DNA of 64,000 nt from Candidatus Saccharimonadia bacterium (GTDB lineage Bacteria > Patescibacteriota > Saccharimonadia > UBA4664 > SCTI01). The notes beneath the pieces were generated by a model that did no database searches, was not told where the DNA came from, and saw nothing but the letters and a program-made list of their open reading frames with translations. Below, piece after piece: positions 19,801-28,230 of this stretch. Numbering within the stretch: the stretch's first letter is position 1; every line of letters starts with the position of its first letter. The stretch spans positions 116,071 to 180,070 of the forward strand of contig JBKJLI010000002.1 of the NCBI GenBank assembly GCA_046597065.1, read 5' to 3'. A program made the translations under genes and the position numbers.

Positions 19801-21432
19801 ATGAAAAACGCACAAATAAAAGAATTGCGCACACGGATAAATGGCAGCGTTACAGCGGAAGCCGATGCTCGCGAATACTACTCAACAGATGGCAGTGTGT
19901 TTAAGATTATGCCCAGCGCAGTGATATACCCTCAAAATAGCGTTGATGTTCAAAAAACGGTGGCCTATGCCAGTCAACAAGCTGATACCAAATCCGCTAA
20001 ATTCAGTTTAATTGCTCGCGGTAAGGGTACTGATCAGGGCGGTGGGGCGTTAGGCGATGGTGCTATGGTGGTGTTCCCGGCCCACATGAATCACATTGGC
20101 AAGTTAACTAAAGACACCGTAACAGTGCAGCCGGGTGTCATTTTTGGTTCATTGCAGCAGGCTCTACACACCCATGGACGCTTTTTGCCTACTTATCCGT
20201 CATCAATTGATTTTGCGACTATTGGAGGCGCGGTTGCCAATAACACATGCGGCGAAATGACGCTAAAGTATGGCTCAACCGCCGACTGGGTCAAAAGCCT
20301 CAGGGTGGTGCTGGATGATGGTTCACTAATTGAAACTAGGCGCCTTAATCGCCGCGAGCTTAATCGTAAAAAGGGGCTGATGACAAGAGAAGGGGATATT
20401 TACCGGCGCATCGATGGGTTACTGAAAGATAACGCTCACCTAATAAAAGACACCGCTGTGGGCACAAGTAAAAATTCAACGGGTTATCGGCTGGGAGCCA
20501 TAAAGCGTCGTGATGGCTCATTTGATCTTAGTCAACTGTTTGTCGGGGCTCAGGGCACACTAGGTATGATCACCGAAACCACGCTTAAAACCGCACCCTA
20601 TCAGCATTTTACTACCCTAGTAGTTGGCTTCTTTGACAGTCTTGAAAAGGCCGGTGAAGCAGTCTTAAAACTAAAAAAGCTTCAGCCCGCAGCTATGGAA
20701 GTAGTGGACTACTACCTACTCGATTTCTTGCGTAAAAATCAGCCCGAAACGATCAAGGGATTGGTGCCGGACGAACTGCCAAAAATCATTATATTGATTG
20801 AATTTGATAACCAATCGCACTTACGTCAGAACATTTTGCGTCGACGCACTCAACGCATTTTAAACAAACTGGCCTCCTCGCAGCGCTGGACTCAAAATCC
20901 TCGCACCGAACACCGGTTATGGAAGATCCGTCACTCCGCCGCAGCTGTTATTTGGATGAATAATGGCCCCAAAAAGGCGTTGCCAATTATTGAAGACGGT
21001 TGTGTACCGGTCGAAAAGTTACCGCAGTTTTTAGAAGGCGTTTACGCCATGCTAAAAAAGTACAAATTAGAGATTGCAGTGTGGGGCCACGCCGGTGATG
21101 CCGACTTTCACATGCAACCGTTTATGGATTTATCTAAAGTTAAAGACCGCAAACTGGTCTTTAAGGTTATGGATGAGTTTTACGACATGGTTATTAAGAT
21201 GGGCGGTACAACCGCTGGCGAGCACAACGACGGCTTATTGCGCGCACCATACCTAGAGCAGCTGTATGGCAAAGAGATGTATCAAGTTTTTAAAGAGGTT
21301 AAGCAGATTTGCGACCCCAAAGGGATATTTAATCCCCGAATTAAATTGGATGTTAAGCGCAAAGATATTGAACCATTGCTGCGCCATGAGTACTCAATGA
21401 AGCATCTTTATGATCATTTGCCACGTACTTAA
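19801..21432 (+). CDS. FAD-binding oxidoreductase (FAD-linked oxidase, GlcD/D-lactate dehydrogenase-like)
   Basis: 543 aa. An FAD_binding_4 N-terminal domain (ARGKGTDQGGGALG...) and an FAD-oxidase C-terminal domain. Confidence 0.8.
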   Translation: MKNAQIKELRTRINGSVTAEADAREYYSTDGSVFKIMPSAVIYPQNSVDVQKTVAYASQQADTKSAKFSLIARGKGTDQGGGALGDGAMVVFPAHMNHIGKLTKDTVTVQPGVIFGSLQQALHTHGRFLPTYPSSIDFATIGGAVANNTCGEMTLKYGSTADWVKSLRVVLDDGSLIETRRLNRRELNRKKGLMTREGDIYRRIDGLLKDNAHLIKDTAVGTSKNSTGYRLGAIKRRDGSFDLSQLFVGAQGTLGMITETTLKTAPYQHFTTLVVGFFDSLEKAGEAVLKLKKLQPAAMEVVDYYLLDFLRKNQPETIKGLVPDELPKIIILIEFDNQSHLRQNILRRRTQRILNKLASSQRWTQNPRTEHRLWKIRHSAAAVIWMNNGPKKALPIIEDGCVPVEKLPQFLEGVYAMLKKYKLEIAVWGHAGDADFHMQPFMDLSKVKDRKLVFKVMDEFYDMVIKMGGTTAGEHNDGLLRAPYLEQLYGKEMYQVFKEVKQICDPKGIFNPRIKLDVKRKDIEPLLRHEYSMKHLYDHLPRT

Positions 21433-21449
21433 TATAAGGAGATTTAGTA

Positions 21450-21785
21450 ATGTTATTTTTTAAAGCCAGGCCACGTGCTCGTTTTGCATCTTGGTCATTT
21501 TTAGCTCTGTTAGTACTGTTTGCCTCTATTTCAACTCAACGGCTAGCGGTTGGTTTAACCGGAATCGGAGCTGTACTTATCATTAGCTCAATTTTGGTAG
21601 AAGCCAACAAAGAACGAATTTGGGACGATTACAAAAAGCAGTATAAGTACTCAAAAAATGATTTGCTGCCTAAGTCTTGGTCTGAGCCAAATCAGTTGTA
21701 TTATCGATTGAACATTTACCTGGTGTGGCCAACTGTCTTTTTACTAGGCCTAGCGGCAATCTACGCGGCTTACTTGATCGCATAA
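21450..21785 (+). CDS. Hypothetical small membrane protein (111 aa)
   Basis: Two or three predicted TM helices and native-like base composition. Confidence 0.45.
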   Translation: MLFFKARPRARFASWSFLALLVLFASISTQRLAVGLTGIGAVLIISSILVEANKERIWDDYKKQYKYSKNDLLPKSWSEPNQLYYRLNIYLVWPTVFLLGLAAIYAAYLIA

Positions 21786-21813
21786 AATTTGCTAAACTAA
21801 CCTGGATCATCGC

Positions 21814-21900
21814 GCGGACGTGGTGGAATGGTAGACACGCCAGCTTGAGGGGCTGGTGGCCGCTTAGGCCGTGGAGGTTCAAGTCCTCTCGTCCGCACCA
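21814..21900 (+). tRNA. tRNA-Leu (anticodon GAG)
   Basis: GCGGACG/CGTCCGC acceptor, anticodon stem CCAGC/GCTGG with loop TTGAGGG, long variable arm, T-arm GGAGGTTCAAGTCCTCT, and CCA. Confidence 0.85.
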
Positions 21901-21940
21901 AAACAACACAAGCGGCCTTCTCTGGTCGTTTTGTTGTTTT
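21900..21940 (+). terminator. Hairpin immediately after tRNA-Leu(GAG)
   Basis: AAAACAACA...TGTTGTTTT, a 9-bp stem with a loop of about 23 nt ending in a T-rich arm. Confidence 0.35.
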
Positions 21941-22035
21941 GTAGCCGCAGGACTTGAACCGATAGGTGAGAATTGCCAGTGGCAGTTCGCAAGACCGGAA
22001 GCCCGGCGGACGAATGTCGCCGAGCTGGGTGGGGT

Positions 22036-22088
22036 CGAGGCACGCCTGCTTGCAGGGTGACCGTGACCAAGTCCTCTCTCGCGCACCA
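22036..22088 (+). other. Degenerate direct copy of the 3' half of tRNA-Leu (pseudo-tRNA fragment, att-like)
   Basis: ...GGCACGCCTGCTTGCAGGGTG...CCAAGTCCTCTCTCGCGCACCA aligns with ACACGCCAGCTTGAGGGGCTGG...TCAAGTCCTCTCGTCCGCACCA of the intact tRNA 140 nt upstream. No 5' acceptor partner is present. Confidence 0.4.
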
Positions 22089-22137
22089 AAACGGACTTTA
22101 AGGTATTGCAAATATCTAGATTTCTGCTGAGTCTCGT

Positions 22138-23358
22138 CTAGCCTCTGGCCCAGAAGACTAGCCTGTCGCCAACGCCAACATTATCAAGCCCAGCGTATAA
22201 GTGGGCTGCGTTCCTCTGTCGCTGCACTCTCACGCCGTTGGAAACAATCCCAGCCTCGTTAAAGCCCCAGGTGTTGGTTAACATTTCTGCCAAGCTATCT
22301 GCAGTGTGAAAAGTATGATGGTCACTATTCGTGTCAAAAATTGGTCGGCGTAACTGATGCGAAGAACCACTTCCCGTTATTAAAGGTATAAACTCCGCTA
22401 ACTGAACAGAATTCGGGACACTACCAATCAACATTGCACCCGTTTGCTTCAACCATGGTAAGATTGATTTTTTAAACACAACAGCATGGTGATCAATGTG
22501 CTCGAGTATCTCGCCAAATACCACAACATCAGCTTCTGGGGCATGCTGCCCGAAGTACTCAGCTCGCTTTGTCATTACGTCTACGGCAACTCCTTTATCC
22601 AGATATCTTCCGTGCAGCCCGTAAAGTATAAGGTCTTTTGATACATCAAATCCTGTTATTGTGGTTGCCGCTCTTTCGCTTGGATTTAATTGCGCGATAA
22701 TATTGCGTTCAAGCGGAAGTGGTCCAGTCCCAAAATTGACTAGTGATGCACGTCCTTTGTTTGCCAACGCCTTACGTATGCCTATGAGCCCGAGATCTGT
22801 GAGCATTTCGATGCGTCTGATATGCAAGCCTTCACCTTTTAGGTAGCAATAGTACTGGTCTAAAACGCCAGGCTGTGTAAAATCCTGAGCCTCTACATGT
22901 AAAACAGCTGAGGGGTCGATTTCTATATTGGCAGTGGGCACAGTCTTCCTAGCTTGTACGATTGCCGCTGCTATTACTGGGAATGGTTCAAGCATTTCTT
23001 GACTTGTAAGCGGGTTCGAGGACCATTTTTTTAATAGGTCTTGGTCTGGGACGCGCCCAATAGGGTCTGCAAGATGAATGCCGGCAGCTCTAATCCGATC
23101 ATCTGAAATCGGAATGCCGGATAAGTGGCCATTTGCTAAAGCTCCTAGATATAATCTTTGTTCATACGTCGGGTCTTCTAAGTCGATTCTGTAAAGTGCG
23201 CCTGACTCCCTTAGATTATATAGTTGGCTAGGTGAGAATAGTGGGCTGCATTCGAAACCTACCAAAAAGGTGTCTTGTGGGGTTTGATTATCGAGTACTT
23301 GAGCTTCCAACGACGGCATAATGTTGCATATATTGACACAAAAACAACAAAATATCAA
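22138..23358 (-). CDS. Hypothetical protein with C-terminal class I SAM-dependent methyltransferase-like domain
   Basis: 406 aa (the start may be Met14). Motif I-like VNFGTGPL, an acidic D after beta2 (TGFDVS), and motif II DVVVFGEILEHIDHH. The N-terminal ~200 aa has no recognisable family. Confidence 0.5.
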   Translation of the reverse strand: MIFCCFCVNICNIMPSLEAQVLDNQTPQDTFLVGFECSPLFSPSQLYNLRESGALYRIDLEDPTYEQRLYLGALANGHLSGIPISDDRIRAAGIHLADPIGRVPDQDLLKKWSSNPLTSQEMLEPFPVIAAAIVQARKTVPTANIEIDPSAVLHVEAQDFTQPGVLDQYYCYLKGEGLHIRRIEMLTDLGLIGIRKALANKGRASLVNFGTGPLPLERNIIAQLNPSERAATTITGFDVSKDLILYGLHGRYLDKGVAVDVMTKRAEYFGQHAPEADVVVFGEILEHIDHHAVVFKKSILPWLKQTGAMLIGSVPNSVQLAEFIPLITGSGSSHQLRRPIFDTNSDHHTFHTADSLAEMLTNTWGFNEAGIVSNGVRVQRQRNAAHLYAGLDNVGVGDRLVFWARG

Positions 23359-23861
23359 ATCACTCGATTTACTTTACCCTGTTTCACCAGTATCATTAGA
23401 ATTAGTCCCAAACGCCTTCATAAACTGGTCCAACCAGCTTAAAAGGTGTGCGAAAGAAAGTGCCTCAAGGGCACCAGCAATTATCGACAAACCAATTAAT
23501 TTTAATTGCAGTGGATTAATCCCCACAACTCATAATATTTTACATTTATTGACAGGTTGGTTATAGATAGTGCATAGTGACCACAACTTTTGTGGTAGCT
23601 GTGTGTGCTCGAAACTAGTTCTAGCACAAGCACCAACGACAAAGGATCGACGATGGTATGCATTCGACTGTGCTTCGCTTGCCAGAATGGTAACCACCAT
23701 CGGCACGCCGAAGTGATTCAGGGCGTACCCGAGGGCATGTTGGGTGGCGCTAGGTGTGATTGCACTGGTGCTTGTGATCCGAGTGGAAACTTTCGGGAAC
23801 TGCAGGGTCACATCTCTACGGCTCACCGTCGGAGAGATCAACGCGTCCAAACTCGGGGGAG

Positions 23862-24431
23862 GTGAGTATGAGGACGGCTCAGGCCGCTGCGATGGTCCAG
23901 TGGGGCCCAATCGGCCGTTACATCCAGCCAATATCACTGTCGCTAACGGTGATGATGGTGGGTTTTTTCATGTTCTGTGGGTTGTTTTCGGCGAACTCTG
24001 CTAAGGCGGTGTTGCCGGCTGTGGTCACAGAAGAGAGGGGTCCAAGGCAGCTCATTTCATCGCCTGGCGGAGGCGACCCAGAGAGGTTGTATTGTTCCAA
24101 GCCAGGTAAAAGCAAGTGGCAACTTCGCAGTTTCATTGTTCACTATCTGAGCCAGAAGGGGCTCGAAGGCGGCGTCGACATTTCGACCATTTGCTGGGCC
24201 TACATCGATATATTTGGCTTCAGGTCGGAAGCCGACTTTCTGGTTCAGGCCGATACCCTGGCTTTGGCCGGTTACATCAGAAAAGAAGGCGCCGCCGCCG
24301 ATTGCTATTACGTCATCCAGAAGATGGGTCTTGAAGAGCTGAAGCGAGATGATCAGTATCTGGTCAGCCAGATGAGTCGATGGTTGTCAGATATGCCCAA
24401 CTTTGTCGGCAAGGAAACCACTGGTGGTTGA
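23862..24431 (+). CDS. Hypothetical protein in high-GC cassette (start codon uncertain)
   Basis: The longest frame runs through a markedly GC-rich ~0.85 kb block. The C-terminal ~120 aa is non-repetitive (…CWAYIDIFGFRSEADFLVQADTLALAGYIRKEG…). A hairpin follows the stop. Other frames give low-complexity ORFs. Confidence 0.4.
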   Translation: MSMRTAQAAAMVQWGPIGRYIQPISLSLTVMMVGFFMFCGLFSANSAKAVLPAVVTEERGPRQLISSPGGGDPERLYCSKPGKSKWQLRSFIVHYLSQKGLEGGVDISTICWAYIDIFGFRSEADFLVQADTLALAGYIRKEGAAADCYYVIQKMGLEELKRDDQYLVSQMSRWLSDMPNFVGKETTGG

Positions 24432-24447
24432 AACCACCAAAAACATC

Positions 24448-24479
24448 TGAGGCCCTAGTTCAAGCAAGAACTGGGGCCT
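24448..24479 (+). terminator. Hairpin GAGGCCC-N-GGGGCCTC after the high-GC cassette
   Basis: gaggccctagttcaagcaagaactggggcctc, 15 nt after the stop. Confidence 0.4.
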
Positions 24480-24690
24480 CAAAACGGATTAATCAGCTTT
24501 TTATAATTCATGGTGCAGCAGCTATCAAAAAATTTCCACCAGATAAGGGATGAGATAGCCCGTTGGAGGTCAATACTGGAAATTCCCTATCAAGAATACC
24601 TACACGCACAATCCCACTAAGGGAGACTAGGGAGTTACACGGCTGAGACCTAAATCACAAAAGGGCTAGAAATTTTGGTATCCTATTTAC

Positions 24691-25263
24691 ATGAAAGATG
24701 TAGTCGCCATTATTGCTATCATTCTCACGTTTGTCGGCTATTTACCCTACATAAGAGATACCATCAAGGGTAAGACTAAACCCCATGTCTATACTTGGTT
24801 TGTGTGGGGGCTTGTCACACTGATTGCCTTTGCTCTTCAAGTAAGCGCAAAAGCAGGCGTAGGTTCGCTAGTAACTCTCGCCGCGGGATTGGTTTGCTTA
24901 GCGATATTTGTTCTTGGCTTGCGTCAGGGCAAAAGAGACATACCCTTTATTGATAAAGTTTGCTTATCCTTAGCCCTCGTTGCACTCGTAGCATGGTTGT
25001 TTGCGAAACAGCCTGTTCTTTCAATTATTATTGTAGCGTTAGCTGATATGCTTGGGTTTATTCCGACAATTCGTAAGTCATGGCATGCGCCACACCAAGA
25101 AACGCTGTCATCTTATGAAATGAATACTTTTCGTTTCGCACTGGCTATTTATGCCCTGCAACACTACACGATAGTTACTATTCTCTACCCATTAACTTGG
25201 ATAGTCGCAAATGGGTTGTTTAGCATTTACCTCATTATTCGCCGTAAACAGGTACTTACTTAG
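24691..25263 (+). CDS. Hypothetical integral membrane protein (190 aa, ~6 TM)
   Basis: Evenly spaced hydrophobic helices. A ThiT/ECF-S-like size was considered, but there is no supporting motif. Confidence 0.5.
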   Translation: MKDVVAIIAIILTFVGYLPYIRDTIKGKTKPHVYTWFVWGLVTLIAFALQVSAKAGVGSLVTLAAGLVCLAIFVLGLRQGKRDIPFIDKVCLSLALVALVAWLFAKQPVLSIIIVALADMLGFIPTIRKSWHAPHQETLSSYEMNTFRFALAIYALQHYTIVTILYPLTWIVANGLFSIYLIIRRKQVLT

Positions 25264-25741
25264 TTTTGTGTCGCACAATGATGATTGTACGGCCAACGCT
25301 AACAGATATGGCGGCCATTTTTTAGCGACAGGGTGGCTTGTCAAGGGTTAGGGTAAAACGGCTCCGTATCTGTTAAAAACATTATTATGACATGTCGCAC
25401 TTTTGCGATGATTACTCGCCAAGTCCGTGACTATTGAGGCACAAAGTATAGTTCCTTTTGTAAAGCTCGAATAGCCTGTTATCGGCTGGCGATCCGGAAC
25501 CTTCAACCTGTTTAACCGCATACTTATTGCACCCTTGGCGATCCCAATAGGGTCGCCATCCAAAAAAGAATAGTAAGTAGATTGATATTATGGTAAGCAA
25601 TACGGTTTTACCGCGTATCTGAGGCATTTTGAGCCGCATAAGATCCTTTCCAAGGTATTTATTGGTAAAAGGGACGGCAAACTAAAAAAGCTCGCCACAA
25701 GCGGCAACCTTTCGGCTACCCATCACCGTTTCCAGTAATGA

Positions 25742-25782
25742 CCACGAAAAGAAGTACTCATGACGAGCTGTTTCTTTTCGTG
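25742..25782. repeat. Perfect 12-bp inverted repeat CCACGAAAAGAA-N17-TTCTTTTCGTGG
   Basis: It was read directly from the sequence. It lies in the 1.3 kb ORF-less stretch upstream of the serine recombinase. Confidence 0.5.
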
Positions 25783-26538
25783 GATTTGATGACCATGCCC
25801 CTAACTAATTAGTGGTTTAGGCCTAGTGGTTGCCCACATAAAAGTAGTATACCGCAGGGACACCCTACCCGCACCCGAAATTGTCAGGCGGCTTGCAGGT
25901 ACTTATTATTAGCCTGTCCTCCGCCGTATTTATAAGACAGACATATTAACGGTTAATTGTGGCTACAATTTTTGTGGGAAATTTTTTGGTTAAAAGTGAC
26001 CACCTCTAGTGGAGTCGTTTTGCTCACTATATTAGCCCCATTCTAAGAGGGATGTTAGCCCTGCTCCGTGTGTCTGTCTTCGTTTTTATGATCGTTTTTT
26101 TTGCCATCACAAAAGAGATGGCATGGCGAAAATAGTCGTTTACTCTGCCTATTTTTGTGTATAGACTAAGCCCTATAAGTATAGGTACTTTCAGAGCCAA
26201 GCCCCGACATCTCACCACGATAAGACGTGAGAGAAATGAGATGAAATGGCAGGCGGTGCGGTACCAGATACTCCGGCGAAAGCAACGGACTCCAAAGTCA
26301 ACAGGGTTCAAATTCGTGTTTCCGCCGCCTCTAAGCGTAAGGAAGACGCACTAGCACTAGCATATCTTGTCTACGATATTTTCATAGAAGAAGGCCGCGG
26401 TGATAAAGTAGAAAATGGACAAAACAATGCAAATCAAACTAAACATACCTAATTTATCGATAGTAGTGGGGACTTCTGTTGGCTTCGATTTGCAAGCCTT
26501 GTCCCAGAGGTCTCCACTAGTATCCGTAAGGTGTAGTT

Positions 26539-28098
26539 ATGCCTAAACAAATACTTGCCGTAGCGTTATGTAGGGTTTCCAGTATTGAACAGTTGGAGAG
26601 TGGCAGTCTCGGCCATCAAAAAGGTAACGTGCTTAAAGCTGCCGAAGAACTAGGGGCCATAATACCCGATGACGCAGTATGGGAGGGTGCGGTATCAAGC
26701 AAGAAGGGCGTAAACTTTAATCGAAAAGACCTAAAGCAGATCTACGAATACTGCAAAAAGAACACGGCAGTCCGGTATGTAATCGTACAGGAAGTCGATA
26801 GATTTATGAGGAGTCCTGACGAGCAGACCTACTTTTATGTAAAGTTCTGGTACGAACTAAGGGTCAGAATATGGTTTGCCGATAAGCCGGAGCTTAACGA
26901 GGACACCCACGTTGCAAGTTTGCTGAGGTATATGGAGGGTTGGAGAGCTGCCGGAAGCAACGAAGAACGGCAAAACAAGTCAATCAACGGCCAGACGGAT
27001 GCCCTAAAAGAAGGCAGATACCCTTTCGCTCCTAAGCCCGGCTACAAGAGGGGTTATGAAAAAGGCATACAAGAGCCTCACGAAGTCCGAGGTCCAATAC
27101 TCAAAGCCACACTACTAGACATCTTCACAAAGCGCCGAACGCCCACCCAGGCACTCATAGAGTTGAACAAGAGCGAATTTATGAAGGGGCGGTACCCCTA
27201 CAAGATGGATAAGTTTAGGGGCATCGTTACTGACTGTTTTTATGCAGGGATTGTTGAATGCGATAAGCAGGTCAAATTTCGTAACGAAGGTGGACTACAC
27301 GAATCCCTAATCACTAAAGACCAGCACTATGAGCTTGTTAGAATCATGAACGACAAAAAGAAAGTACAGTCCGGTCCTCGCAAGAACGGCAACCCGAAAT
27401 ACCCCTTATCAAACCATGTAACTTGCGATTTATGTAAGGACAATTCAATTGGCAGATATGTTGGCTACGACCATGGCAATGGCAAGAACCCGGAGCTAGT
27501 CTATGAGAAATACCGTTGCCGTGTATGTAGGCGATACCTTACGAGGGATGAACTCCATCCAAAGATAGAAAAACAATTCAAGGATAACCCCGTGAGCGAC
27601 AAGGGCTTAAAGGATTTTATCAAAGCCCTAGACATTGTATGGAAGCAGAAGGAGGGTGAGGCAGGCCAAGAGGCAAATCGCCTTAGGCATAAGATCACAA
27701 ACCTCAATGATCAAATAGCCGACCAGGTAGAAGCGGCCACAGACCCTAGCAATGCATACATCAAGTCGGACATTCTTGCTGCCATTAGCAAGAAAAAGTC
27801 CGAAGTAGCTGAGCTTGAAGACCAGTTATCAAAGGCAGGTAGCAAAGCTGACAATGACAAGGAGCGTTTTCTGAGGTTTGCTTTTAAGTTTGTTGATGAG
27901 ATGGGCGGTCGGTTTTTGGAAATATCCCCCGAAAACAGGCTGAGGTGTAAACAAATCGTTTTCCCTGCCGGATTTTACCTAGATGCTGAGAATAGAGTTT
28001 ACACCCCAGAAATTAGTGAACTTATCAGATTAGCAGGCAACAAAAAAGACCTTCCAATAACTGAAAAGTCCCATTTGGTGCGGGTACAGGGACTCTAA
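26539..28098 (+). CDS. Large serine recombinase (phage-integrase/transposase-type serine recombinase)
   Basis: 519 aa. N-terminal resolvase catalytic domain with AVALCRVSSIEQ (catalytic Ser) and VIVQEVDRFMRS (E/DxDRLxR motif). Then a recombinase domain, a zinc ribbon (CDLC...C..C) and a coiled-coil. A TAAGGTG SD is present. The 3' end runs antisense into tRNA-Gly. Confidence 0.85.
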   Translation: MPKQILAVALCRVSSIEQLESGSLGHQKGNVLKAAEELGAIIPDDAVWEGAVSSKKGVNFNRKDLKQIYEYCKKNTAVRYVIVQEVDRFMRSPDEQTYFYVKFWYELRVRIWFADKPELNEDTHVASLLRYMEGWRAAGSNEERQNKSINGQTDALKEGRYPFAPKPGYKRGYEKGIQEPHEVRGPILKATLLDIFTKRRTPTQALIELNKSEFMKGRYPYKMDKFRGIVTDCFYAGIVECDKQVKFRNEGGLHESLITKDQHYELVRIMNDKKKVQSGPRKNGNPKYPLSNHVTCDLCKDNSIGRYVGYDHGNGKNPELVYEKYRCRVCRRYLTRDELHPKIEKQFKDNPVSDKGLKDFIKALDIVWKQKEGEAGQEANRLRHKITNLNDQIADQVEAATDPSNAYIKSDILAAISKKKSEVAELEDQLSKAGSKADNDKERFLRFAFKFVDEMGGRFLEISPENRLRCKQIVFPAGFYLDAENRVYTPEISELIRLAGNKKDLPITEKSHLVRVQGL

Positions 28099-28151
28099 CC
28101 CTGGACCTCTTCCTTGGCAAGGAAGCGCTCTAACAGCTGAGCTACACCCGC
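28076..28151 (-). tRNA. tRNA-Gly (anticodon GCC), T-loop non-canonical (TTAGAGT)
   Basis: GCGGGTG/TACCCGC acceptor, D-arm GCTC/GAGC, anticodon stem CTTCC/GGAAG with loop TTGCCAA, T-stem CAGGG/CCCTG, and CCA. Position 56 is A rather than the near-universal C. Confidence 0.75.
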
Positions 28152-28154
28152 ATA

Positions 28155-28230
28155 TGGTGGCGAGACTCGGACTCGAACCGAGGACACGAGGCTCTTCAAG
28201 CCACTGCTCTACCAACTGAGCTATCTCGCC
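28155..28230 (-). tRNA. tRNA-Phe (anticodon GAA)
   Basis: GGCGAGA/TCTCGCC acceptor, anticodon loop TTGAAGA, variable GTGTC, T-arm CTCGGTTCGAGTCCGAG, and CCA. It is very similar to canonical bacterial tRNA-Phe. It lies 3 nt from tRNA-Gly. Confidence 0.85.

Noticed and set aside
21905-22095. GC-rich structured block after tRNA-Leu considered as SRP RNA (it contains CCGGAAG) or as a tmRNA 3' tRNA-like domain.
   Set aside because: It is too short for tmRNA and has no tag-peptide reading frame. The SRP domain-IV consensus (GUCAGGUCCGGAAGGAAGCAGC) is not matched beyond CCGGAAG. It is better explained as a degenerate direct copy of the tRNA-Leu 3' half.
23530-24004. Alternative ORFs (23530-23937 minus; 23605-23865 and 23744-24004 plus) in the high-GC cassette.
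   Set aside because: Their products are low-complexity (Pro/Ser/Thr/Arg/Gly-rich) and mutually overlapping. Only the 23862-24431 frame gives a globular-looking product, and even that call is tentative.
24481-24690. Possible TPP riboswitch upstream of the 6-TM membrane protein. The leader contains GGCTGAGACC, which resembles the conserved CUGAGA of the THI element, and a ThiT-like ~190-aa 6-TM protein follows.
   Set aside because: The rest of the THI-box consensus (GGGG...ACCC...CCUGAUCUGGAUAAUGCCAGCGUAGGGAA) is absent on either strand, and the element order does not fit. A single 6-7-nt match is not enough.
25866-25877. A TACCCGCACC match to the tRNA-Gly 3' end inside the ORF-less region, considered as the displaced att repeat of the element.
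   Set aside because: It is only ~10 nt and is in inverted rather than direct orientation relative to the tRNA gene. A match of that length is expected by chance about once in a 64 kb two-strand search.
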